Positions 21,201 through 27,818 of a stretch of 64,000 bases of DNA are shown here, in pieces; position 1 is the first letter of the stretch; each line of letters starts with the position of its first letter. Origin of the DNA: Chitinophagales bacterium (lineage in GTDB: Bacteria > Bacteroidota > Bacteroidia > Chitinophagales > BACL12); assembly GCA_041751015.1 (NCBI GenBank), contig JBGSYF010000017.1, positions 68,913 through 132,912 on the forward strand, written 5' to 3'. The position numbers and the translations under genes were made by a program. The notes beneath the pieces are model-generated. The model did no database searches, was not told where the DNA came from, and saw only the letters and a program-made list of their open reading frames with translations.

Positions 21201-23629
21201 GTGGCTACATCGTCCTGCACCACCGGCGCGTCGTTCACATCGGTCACTTCTACGGTGACCAGGGCCTGATCGCATGCCCCTTCGTCATCGCAATATTGGT
21301 AGGTAAACACGTCGGTTCCGTACCAGTTGGCCGCTGGTGTATAAGTGACCGTGCCATCCGCGTTGACCACCGCCGTACCATGTGACGGGGGAAGGGTGAC
21401 CGCAACATTGGCCGGGTTGATCGGGTGATCCGGATCGCTGTCGTTGGCCAGAACATCAATGGTAACCGGGGTATCCTCCGGGGTAGTGGCAAAGTCATCT
21501 TCAGCAACCGGGGGATCATTCACCGATAGAACCGTGATGATGACCACAGCCTGCGCCGTCAGACCATCATTGTCTGAAATCTGATAGATCAGCGTATCGA
21601 TTCCATGCCAGTCCTGATTGGGCACATAGAGGATGCTGCCATCGGGATTGACGGAGGCAATTCCGTTTTGGGGAAGCTCGGTGATGATCATAGAACTTGG
21701 ATCTATGCTGCCATCCGGATCGCTGTCGTTGGCCAGCACATCCATGTTGATGGGCGTATCCTCCGGCGTGGTATAGGAATCGTTCACCGCAATGGGCGGG
21801 CAGATGGATTGCAGATTAAAACCGCGTACCGAGTAGCACGCGCATTCGGTTTCCAGGCGAACAAAGTAGGTACCCGGACTGAGCACCGTCAGCGAAGGCA
21901 GGGCATTGATGCCAGCAATGGCGTCCAGCGAATCGAGATGAACGCTGATGCTGCCTTCATCGCTGCCGGCGAAATGCCCTTCGAGATTGAACGTGAAGCT
22001 GCCGCAATACTCAATTTTGCGCGTGCCCAGCAGACGGGCATCAAAATTGACAATGCTGATGGAATCGTATTGATCCAAGCAGCCGGAAGCCCGGCTGCGG
22101 ACCCAATAAGTCCCCGGCTCGTCCACCACCATGTTGGGGCTGCTGGTTCCGTCAGACCACAGAAACTCATCCGCACTGATGCGCGACTGCAGGGTCATGG
22201 GAAAGAGATTCCGGTTGCAGGCAATCTGATCAGGACCCAGGTTGGGCTGAGTCAGACCGAAGCGGGTGTAGTAGCCATAGACCGTAGATGCTCCGAGATT
22301 ATTGAGAATGGCCATATGAAAATTGGCCGTGGTATTGCGAATGAAGTTCTGCCCAACAGGAAGGTTCAGATTGACGTAATAGGCTTTCCATGCGCCCCCG
22401 GTGCCGGGCACATTGTTGAATGCAGAGGCGGCAATGAGCGAACTATTGCCGTTGATCTCAAAACTTCCCTCACTGCCCGCAGGAGCCAGGATCATCAATC
22501 CGAACTGACCGGCTGAGGTGCGGACAAAGCCCATCTCTGAAACACCGCTGCAACCGATGGGCGGCATTTGTGCATGACCCAATTCACCGCCGATACCGGC
22601 CATATGCATGACATAGGTAGGCTTGGAGCTGCGGATATAGTGTGCGGCCCCGCTGAAGGAGCGGCTGTACTGTTCACCCTTGTTCAGGGTAGCCACGGCC
22701 GTAGCAGCACCGTCCACAAAGACCTGGGTGCTGTTTTCAGTAGCCAGGACAATTATGCGCTCATTGCTGCCGCCATTGCCTCTGATGGCAATGTATTCCG
22801 TACCGATATGCCCGGTGGGCACCAATTGATCTCCACACAAATCATAGTGACCCGGAACAAAGACATTGTCGTCAAATATGGTCACCGCAATGGGTTTGTT
22901 GGATTGAACTTCGGTGCCGTTCAGGCGATGGGAAGGGTTAAAGCCGGTAGCGAGAGCGGACCAGGTCTGCCCCCGGTTGAGCGTTATGTTGAACGAACCC
23001 TCTGAAAGAGGGTGACCGACCATGTCATTTTTGGGATGAATGGTCACTGTAGTATTGTCTTCGGCGGCAACTACAACAAAACCACTTCGACCCGGCAAAC
23101 TGGTGTTGTTGACAAAGGCTGTCTGAGCGGGAATGAAGAAATGGCGGCCCATACCTACTTCACCCTTGAAATTGAAGATGGCGGGATTGACCGTACTGGC
23201 CACTTCGTAGTATGCGGTAGCCACCCCGGTAACTTCCAGCAACATTCCGGTGTTCAGCACCGCGTTAAAGGGAGAAGACTCAATCAGTCCCTTGTAAGCG
23301 GTCAGATCTATGCTGTGATACCCACCCGCCGGTATATTGACTACAATGGGTGTGAAGGAAGCTCTGGCCGGCATAGACAGGGTTGCCGTAACCGGCTCCG
23401 TATAACTGGTTATGCGCAAGAAGATGGGCTCGTCACCGTGGAGCTGATCCACTTCAGGAGCGACAAACCAGAACTCGCCACCTTTAACCTGGACATCACA
23501 CTGAGCGTGCAGTTTGCCGGACACCATGGCGAGGAGCAGCCCGAGTATCACCGCAATACGGAGAAGCTGCGGAATGGCGGCCAGTCCAAGGAATTTTCGC
23601 GAAGCGGAGAATTTGATCATAGTGGACAC
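15257..23629 (-). CDS. giant (2790 aa) repeat adhesin with T9SS type B (gliding-motility-associated) C-terminal domain
   Basis: Signal/anchor LGLAAIPQLLRIAVILGLLLAMVSGKLHAQ, a ~600-aa non-repetitive N-domain, and 22 tandem ~95-aa units. The last 93 aa (IPEVFTPNGDGFNESFQIVG...IFNRWENLVFQ...GEKLPDGTYFYVL...KGFIAIQR) are the classic type B CTD. The track start is GTG 23629; ATG 23620 (MIKFSAS) is the alternative. Confidence 0.9.
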   Translation of the reverse strand: MSTMIKFSASRKFLGLAAIPQLLRIAVILGLLLAMVSGKLHAQCDVQVKGGEFWFVAPEVDQLHGDEPIFLRITSYTEPVTATLSMPARASFTPIVVNIPAGGYHSIDLTAYKGLIESSPFNAVLNTGMLLEVTGVATAYYEVASTVNPAIFNFKGEVGMGRHFFIPAQTAFVNNTSLPGRSGFVVVAAEDNTTVTIHPKNDMVGHPLSEGSFNITLNRGQTWSALATGFNPSHRLNGTEVQSNKPIAVTIFDDNVFVPGHYDLCGDQLVPTGHIGTEYIAIRGNGGSNERIIVLATENSTQVFVDGAATAVATLNKGEQYSRSFSGAAHYIRSSKPTYVMHMAGIGGELGHAQMPPIGCSGVSEMGFVRTSAGQFGLMILAPAGSEGSFEINGNSSLIAASAFNNVPGTGGAWKAYYVNLNLPVGQNFIRNTTANFHMAILNNLGASTVYGYYTRFGLTQPNLGPDQIACNRNLFPMTLQSRISADEFLWSDGTSSPNMVVDEPGTYWVRSRASGCLDQYDSISIVNFDARLLGTRKIEYCGSFTFNLEGHFAGSDEGSISVHLDSLDAIAGINALPSLTVLSPGTYFVRLETECACYSVRGFNLQSICPPIAVNDSYTTPEDTPINMDVLANDSDPDGSIDPSSMIITELPQNGIASVNPDGSILYVPNQDWHGIDTLIYQISDNDGLTAQAVVIITVLSVNDPPVAEDDFATTPEDTPVTIDVLANDSDPDHPINPANVAVTLPPSHGTAVVNADGTVTYTPAANWYGTDVFTYQYCDDEGACDQALVTVEVTDVNDAPVVQDDVATTPEDTPVIVLVLANDYDIDGTLDVSSVAVLSPPSNGTAVVNPDGSITYTPNENWFGLDSLLYQVCDDDGACGTATVYITVTDVNDAPVALDDAASTPEDVAVIIAVLDNDYDVDGELVLSTLTVLSGPSNGSVVVNPDGTITYTPAPDYYGSDSFVYQICDDDGDCASAVVSIDVLDVNDPPIAVDDVVITPEDTAVTTQVLLNDYDVDGTLDPATVVIISAPSHGSAVVNPDGSITYTPNENYYGPDAYVYQVCDDDGACDQATVSITVTPVNDAPVAVDDSDTTNEDTPVSTAVMDNDYDVDGSLDPASVTVITGPANGTAYADPLSGEITYTPDPNWFGVDSYVYQVCDFEGACDQATVTITVISVNDAPVALDDHATTPEDTPVNIAVLSNDYDIDGTLVIASLSIVSGPAHGTVQVNADGTVTYTPDLNYFGIDSFVYQICDDEGACDQATVVVEVLDVNDPPVAVDDVASTDEDTPVTIAVLDNDSDVDGTLVISSLSVISGPSHGTVLVNADGTITYTPGLNYFGSDSFVYQICDDDGACDQATVSISVLDVNDPPIAMDDVYYTLEDEPVTMDVLDNDSDVDGTLVISSLAIISGPSHGTLIINPDGSITYTPELDYNGDDEFVYQICDDDGACDQATVLIHVGPVNDPPVAVDDVVVTPEDTPVNTFVLANDYDVDGELILSTLVIISGPAHGTATVNSDGSITYTPYLNYFGPDSYVYQICDEDGSCDVATVFITVTPVNDPPVAMDDVVTTPEDSSVIIAVLANDSDVDSELDLNSLTVISGPSNGTVLVNADGTITYSPSENYFGPDEFVYQICDVEGLCDQATVFITVTPVNDPPIAVDDYVVTPEDTPVTTAVLENDSDIDGTLDLSSLVVISGPAHGSVVVNPDGTITYTPNANYFGPDSYIYQICDNEGDCASATVHITVLDVNDPPFALDDVDVTQEDTPVTTIVLANDYDIDGSLVISSVEVISAPANGTAVVNPDGSITYTPNPDWFGVDSYTYQVCDDDGDCDQAVVTITVISVNDPPVAVDDVDFTLEDTPVSTAVLENDYDIDGSLVISTLQVLTPPSHGSTVVNPDGTITYTPEPDWFGVDTYTYQICDNEGLCASATVTITVQPVNDSPVAVDDVIHTPEDTPVSADILNNDFDIDSELDVSSLVIISDPSNGTVVVNPDGSITYTPNPDWFGTDQFEYVICDVEGLCDSATVTVHVSPVNDAPVAVDDVISTPEDTPVNIPVLDNDYDIDGWLLPGSVLITGVPSNGLVSVHPDGSVTYYPNPNWFGTDTFYYQVCDNEGLCDQAIVIVHVLDVNDPPVAVKDVTGTPEDTPVTIPVLNNDYDIDGVLDTSSVVILLPPSNGTAVVNPDGSITYTPNPDWFGIDTLGYQVCDDDAACDSALVIIHVLDVNDPPIAVDDVISTPEDVPVAIDITANDYDIDGYLVVPGSLVLLTSPSNGSVSLGSDGVVTYTPTPHWHGVDSFQYSVCDDDGACDNAWVYITVVSVDDPPLAVDDFVMTPEDTPILIDPLANDSDPDGDIDPETLVIISGPSNGTATVDPSTGEVLYSPDANWYGLDTMLYVICDATGLCDTAQIIVLVNPVPDAPVAVDDYATTPEDVPVTIEILANDFDVETDINPASVTILTDPHSGSVLVHPDGTVTYTPVEGFYGTDSFQYLVCDFTDLCDDAWVYVTIAEIPVALVAVDDEASTPEEIPVNIAVLDNDIPGDYPIDPATMVILLDPLFGSVSSEPGSGIVQYSPQAGWCGVDQFLYRICDTWGYCDSAWVTISVECISLVANDDVATTPMGEPVRVVILLNDSPNADPECVTIIDEPLYGTVVVEADGSVIYTPQVGFVGEDCFRYEVCDEYGVKRDDALVCVTIEEVDLTIPEVFTPNGDGFNESFQIVGIEQFPNNQMMIFNRWENLVFQADGYMGEWTGTNMQNGEKLPDGTYFYVLVLDPKMKDSPVFKGFIAIQR
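15539..21802 (-). repeat. 22 tandem coding repeats, ~285 nt / ~95 aa each (tandem-95 / cadherin-like Ig type)
   Basis: I counted 22 units in the translation, each starting VND(A/P)PVAxDD...T(P)EDTPV...VL(A/D/E)ND(Y/S)D(V/I)DG and ending ...ITYTP..N(Y/W)(F/Y)G.D.F.YQ(I/V)CD..G.CD.A.V.I.V. aa 610..2697 gives a mean of 94.9 aa. Confidence 0.9.
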
Positions 23630-23860
23630 AGATTGAGCCCGCTACGTGAGCGGGCCGGAAGCGGATCGGGGAAGTGGAATAGGTCTATGGGAGGATATCC
23701 TCTTTGGAGACGGGTGCTAAAACCGGAGCAATAAGCGTCAGGCGCGCAGGACGCTCTGCACGAATGGTACAATTGCACCATGTGTTGGAAATACGCAGAA
23801 TGGGTGGAAGAGGTTTCGGATGGCATACAACAGGCAGCTCAACTGCAGGTGTTTCAGGCC

Positions 23861-24784
23861 CTAAAAGACCGGTGAGGGCAACTGACGGGGGTGGTAAAAA
23901 CGGGAGGCCTTTCGACCCATGTCCAAGCCAATGAGCACTTCATGGCTACCCCCGGTATGGGAACCAAAGGAGCCCAGCACCAGGTCATAGGCATAGCCTA
24001 TGCGCAAGCCCGAAGGCAATTCATAGGCCAGATTGAGCACCGCGGTAGAGGAACTGCGGTAGCCCAGCCCCGTCCAGAAACGACCCGCCATAAGCAGGCT
24101 CAGATTGAGCTCCGCCTGGGCGGGCGCTCCTTCGGTGTAGAGGAGCAAGGCCTGGGGATGCAGGCGCATCTCGGAGTTCAACTCCAGCGAGTAGCCGGCC
24201 ATGGCGGTGTAGTAGCGGCTCTGCCGGGCATTGGAAAAATCCAATCCGTTGAGCTGGCTCTGCAGCAACTGAGGGGCGCTCAGGCCGGCAAAGAAGTCTT
24301 CATTGTGGTAGTAAATGCCCACCCCGGCATTGGGCAGCCATCGGCTGGAGTTGGCTTGCAACATAGGATCATTCGCATCCAGCGGATTGGCCCGGGTCAG
24401 GTCCATGCGCAGATGAACCAAACCGGCCTGCAAACCCATGGCCAGATGTCCGTTGCCCAGCGGCAGGCGATAAGCGTAGTCGCCGTAAAGCCCTGTGCTC
24501 TGGGTCAGCCCGATCTGATCGTGCACCAACTGAGCGCCCAGGGCAACCCTGTTGTTGGCCAGTGGGGCGTGAATGGAAAGGGATAGGGTTCTTGGTGCCT
24601 GACCTATGCCCGTCCACTGGTGGCGGTAAACCGCAGCGGTGGAAAGGCCATCGCGACTTCCCGCATAAGCCGGATTGATCGCCAGCTTGTTGAAAAGAAA
24701 ATGGGAATAGCGTGCCTCTTGCTGAGCGAAAAGTTCAAAAGATAACAGGCAAAACGAAAAAGCAAAAGCAAAAATGCGTAACAT
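23861..24784 (-). CDS. T9SS membrane protein, PorP/SprF family (paralogue 1)
   Basis: MLRIFAFAFSFCLLSFELFAQQEARYSHFLFNKLAINPAYAGSRDG signature. 307 aa. 14 nt downstream of the PorE-like gene. Confidence 0.85.
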   Translation of the reverse strand: MLRIFAFAFSFCLLSFELFAQQEARYSHFLFNKLAINPAYAGSRDGLSTAAVYRHQWTGIGQAPRTLSLSIHAPLANNRVALGAQLVHDQIGLTQSTGLYGDYAYRLPLGNGHLAMGLQAGLVHLRMDLTRANPLDANDPMLQANSSRWLPNAGVGIYYHNEDFFAGLSAPQLLQSQLNGLDFSNARQSRYYTAMAGYSLELNSEMRLHPQALLLYTEGAPAQAELNLSLLMAGRFWTGLGYRSSSTAVLNLAYELPSGLRIGYAYDLVLGSFGSHTGGSHEVLIGLDMGRKASRFYHPRQLPSPVF

Positions 24785-24798
24785 ATCTTACTGTATGG

Positions 24799-27003
24799 TT
24801 ATTTTGCCCGCTTTCCGGTGTTCACCGGAATCATGGGCTTGTCAATACTGATTAATTCACTGTCCATACCCGTGATAACAAATTGGGTGCGGCGGTTGTA
24901 CTGGTGTTCCTGATCCGAGCAGACGACATCTTCGGCGCAGTGATTGCGCAACTCCGACTCTCCATAGCCCATGGCCACAACCCGCTCGGGCTCCACGCCC
25001 AGCTTGATCAGATAGGCGCTGGCCGATTCGGCTCGGCGCTGGCTGAGCTTGCGGTTGTAGGTCTTGCTGCCCCTTGAATCGGTGTGTGATCCGAGTTCAA
25101 TGGTGATGGAAGGATTGCGTTGCATGAACTCGGCCAGCATGATCAAATCCTGCTCTCCGTCCTGACGGATAAAATCCTGATCGAAATCGTAGTAAATGTT
25201 ATGGAGTTCAATGACCATGCCCGGGTGAACCGGCATCATCTCCACGGCAAAGTCGGCTTCAGTGCCGCGTTCGAGCGCTTCTCTGCCCAGGGGAAGGACA
25301 GCGTCTGCATAGCCTTCATTACGGGCCAGCAGGGTGTAGTCACAGCTCCGCGAAACGGGCATGCTCAGGCGCCCTTCGTCATTGCTTTGGTGGCGGCTCT
25401 CCTGCCCGGTGCAGAGGTTCTGCCAGTTGAATTGCACGTCGGCAATGGGCTGCCGCGTTTCGGCATCAATGGCGTAGAGATTGACCTTGATGGCGTCGGG
25501 CATCAGGGCAATGCGAACCAGTTCGCTCTCGCCCCGCTCCGGTGTGGTCAGGGCCTGACGCCCTTCGGCATAACCCTGGTGAATGGCCTTGAGATCAAGG
25601 GGCAAGGCTGGGGGCAGCTCGATGAAGAAATTGCCGTCCTCATCGCTGATGATCTGCTTCGCGCCCGGTCCCCCTTCGACCTGAATGACGGCGCCCACCA
25701 GGGGTTCATCACTGTTGGCATCCAGCACCAGACCCCTGACCCGAACCCAGTTGTTCTTCATGGCGTAGATGTCGTCTCCGCCGAGGCCACCGGGGCGGTT
25801 GGAGGCGAAAAAACCCTGCTGGCGATTTTCGTCCCAGACCAGTCCAAAGTCATCCCATCGGGTGTTGAGGGTCCAGCCCATATTGCGCACCTTGCGCCAC
25901 TGGCCTTCTTCAGGTTCGGCGAAGAAGATGTCCAGACCCCCGAGGCCGGCATGCCCATCGCTACTGAAGTACAGGGTGCCATCGGCGTGTATGAAGGGAA
26001 ACATCTCGTCGCCCTCAGAATTGACGGCCCCGCCCAGATTGACCGGCTTGGACCATGTCCCTTCTTCCCAGCGACTCATGTACAAATCGGATCCGCCAAA
26101 GCCCCCGGGCATGGTGGAACTGAACACCATGAGCTCACCATTCGGGTGAATGGCCGGTGCGGAGTTGGAGTAGTTGCTGCTGTTGAAGTCCAGCTCTTTG
26201 GCCTTGCCCCAGCCGCCTTTCCCGCTGCGCTCTGCCGTGAGTATCTTGAGTCTTACGGTGCGGGCCTTGTCTTCCTTGACCGATTCGCTCACGCTGTGGT
26301 TGCGGGTAAAGAAGATCTGCTGCCCGTCCGGCGAAAAGCTCATGGGCCCTTCGTGGTGTTTGCTGTTCAGATTGGAGCCCCCAAAGCGCTCGGGTTCGGC
26401 AAAGCCCTGATCGCTTTGCTGGCTGAAGAACATGTCCAGGTAGGGCTCGCCGCTCCAGCCGCTGATCTTGGAGGAGGGCCTACCCTCTTCCCGCGCAGAG
26501 ACAAAGACCAGTCCTCCTTCAAAAAGAACCGGTGCAAAATCGGAGAAGGGGGTGTTGATGGGCAGGGTTTCGATGCTGTACCGCCCTTCGTCGTCGTAGT
26601 AGCCCACCATCTCTTCGCAGGCCGACTCAAAGCGCCTTCCGCGGGTATCGTCGGGGCGCAGTCGGGCGTACTCCCTGAACCAGTATTTGGCCTCCTGACA
26701 CTTGCCATTGCTCTGCAGCATCTGGCCGTAGTAAAGCTTGAAGATGGGGTTGACCGATGGCTTGCCCACCGCCTGGCTGTACCAGTACTCCGCTTTCTCA
26801 AAGTTCTGGGTCAGGCGATAGCACTCGGCCAGATTGATCTTGGCCTGGGTGATGTCCTTCTTGACCAAAATGCGCTCATAGAGACCCGCCGCCTCATAAA
26901 AAGAGTAATCGCGGAAGAGTTTGTCAGCTTTGTCCAGCTTGGCGCGCTGAGCGGACACGTTCAGGGTCGCCAGCAATATGGTAAACAGAAGTAATGCTCT
27001 CAT
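24799..27003 (-). CDS. PorE-like T9SS-associated OmpA-family protein (TPR + PD40/WD40-like propeller + carboxypeptidase-regulatory-like + OmpA_C)
   Basis: N-terminal TPR-like helices (YSFYEAAGLYERIL, NFEKAEYWYSQAV, CQEAKYWFREYARL). PD40-like strands (FSDFAPVLFEGGLVFVS, MSFSPDGQQIFFT, APAIHPNGELMVFSS, FPFIHADGTLYFSS). VRGLVLDANSDEPLVGAVIQVEGG (CRD-like). OmpA_C motif IELGSHTDSRGSKTYNRKLSQRRAESASAYL. Confidence 0.85.
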   Translation of the reverse strand: MRALLLFTILLATLNVSAQRAKLDKADKLFRDYSFYEAAGLYERILVKKDITQAKINLAECYRLTQNFEKAEYWYSQAVGKPSVNPIFKLYYGQMLQSNGKCQEAKYWFREYARLRPDDTRGRRFESACEEMVGYYDDEGRYSIETLPINTPFSDFAPVLFEGGLVFVSAREEGRPSSKISGWSGEPYLDMFFSQQSDQGFAEPERFGGSNLNSKHHEGPMSFSPDGQQIFFTRNHSVSESVKEDKARTVRLKILTAERSGKGGWGKAKELDFNSSNYSNSAPAIHPNGELMVFSSTMPGGFGGSDLYMSRWEEGTWSKPVNLGGAVNSEGDEMFPFIHADGTLYFSSDGHAGLGGLDIFFAEPEEGQWRKVRNMGWTLNTRWDDFGLVWDENRQQGFFASNRPGGLGGDDIYAMKNNWVRVRGLVLDANSDEPLVGAVIQVEGGPGAKQIISDEDGNFFIELPPALPLDLKAIHQGYAEGRQALTTPERGESELVRIALMPDAIKVNLYAIDAETRQPIADVQFNWQNLCTGQESRHQSNDEGRLSMPVSRSCDYTLLARNEGYADAVLPLGREALERGTEADFAVEMMPVHPGMVIELHNIYYDFDQDFIRQDGEQDLIMLAEFMQRNPSITIELGSHTDSRGSKTYNRKLSQRRAESASAYLIKLGVEPERVVAMGYGESELRNHCAEDVVCSDQEHQYNRRTQFVITGMDSELISIDKPMIPVNTGKRAK

Positions 27004-27179
27004 GATTCAGTGGAAATATGCCATCCCACCGCAATGTATCCGCGAAGAGCACGCCCTGCTATATAACAAGGGCCTGTCATGTGACAGGGTAAGGGATGAA
27101 AAGCGAATAGCATTGGCCGCAAGGTGGCGGCAGGCAGGATCCTTCTGGCGTAGCTGGGTTGGCGCGGGAGCTTGCGGGT

Positions 27180-27818
27180 TTAGACGGCCTTAATCCCCAA
27201 TACAATGGCGAACCCGACCCAGGTGCTCAGATAACCCAGCATGTAACCGGCCAGAACTTCCCTTCCGGTATGGGCCTGTAAAAACAAACGGCTGCTGCCC
27301 ACCAGCCCGGCCCCCAGTACGCTGAGGTAAAACAAGGGCAATATATTGTCCGAAACCACCGGTATGAGGAGCATGACCATCGCGGCCAGCGCACCGGCCC
27401 CATTGGTGTGCATACTCACCTTTCCCCATAGAGAATTGAGCAACAAACCCGCAAACACGGAGATGCAAGCCCCCAGCAGGATGGCCTGAAAGACTTCCGG
27501 AGTCGCGGTGCGCCGGTAAACCACATAGGCCCAGATATAGAAGAATCCCGTGGCGATAAAGGGCAGAATGCGGTCCTCGCGGCGGCGAAGATTGGTGTGA
27601 TTGATCAGTTTCAGTGCCGCCATCAGGCCGATGGAAAAGGCGGGGAAAAAACCCGTCAACAAGAAGACCTTGAGCAGTTCAAAGCCCTTTTGGGAAAGGG
27701 CGTTGGCGGAAAACAGATAGCGATTGCCAAAAATGTACACCGCAAACCCATAGGTTGGAATCATAAGCGGGTGCCAGACCGAAGAGATCAGATGGGCCAA
27801 AAAACGCAGAAAGCTCAT
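27180..27818 (-). CDS. polytopic membrane protein, degenerate PAP2 (acid phosphatase) family
   Basis: Six hydrophobic segments. PAP2-like motifs RRREDRILP, SMHTNG, SRLFLQAHTGRE (SRx5Hx3E instead of D). Its ATG overlaps the rpoN stop (ATGA). Confidence 0.5.
   Translation of the reverse strand: MSFLRFLAHLISSVWHPLMIPTYGFAVYIFGNRYLFSANALSQKGFELLKVFLLTGFFPAFSIGLMAALKLINHTNLRRREDRILPFIATGFFYIWAYVVYRRTATPEVFQAILLGACISVFAGLLLNSLWGKVSMHTNGAGALAAMVMLLIPVVSDNILPLFYLSVLGAGLVGSSRLFLQAHTGREVLAGYMLGYLSTWVGFAIVLGIKAV

Noticed and set aside
16244-22516. A series of long plus-strand ORFs (up to 433 aa) opposite the giant adhesin gene.
   Set aside because: The repeat array uses a narrow codon set (GAC, GTC, ACC, GGC and similar) that leaves the antisense frames stop-free. 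Their translations are low-complexity (H/R/G/I-rich) and repeat with the same 95-codon period. This marks them as mirror images, not genes.
23821-23836. TGGCATACAACAGGCA, sigma-54-like with correct spacing, upstream of the adhesin gene.
   Set aside because: It is on the plus strand, pointing away from the adhesin and into the 3' end of a minus-strand gene, and its -12 region is AGGCA, not TTGCA.
25120-26994. 624-aa plus-strand ORF opposite the PorE-like gene.
   Set aside because: The minus frame carries clear TPR, PD40 and OmpA_C motifs, and the plus frame has none. It is a high-GC antisense artefact.
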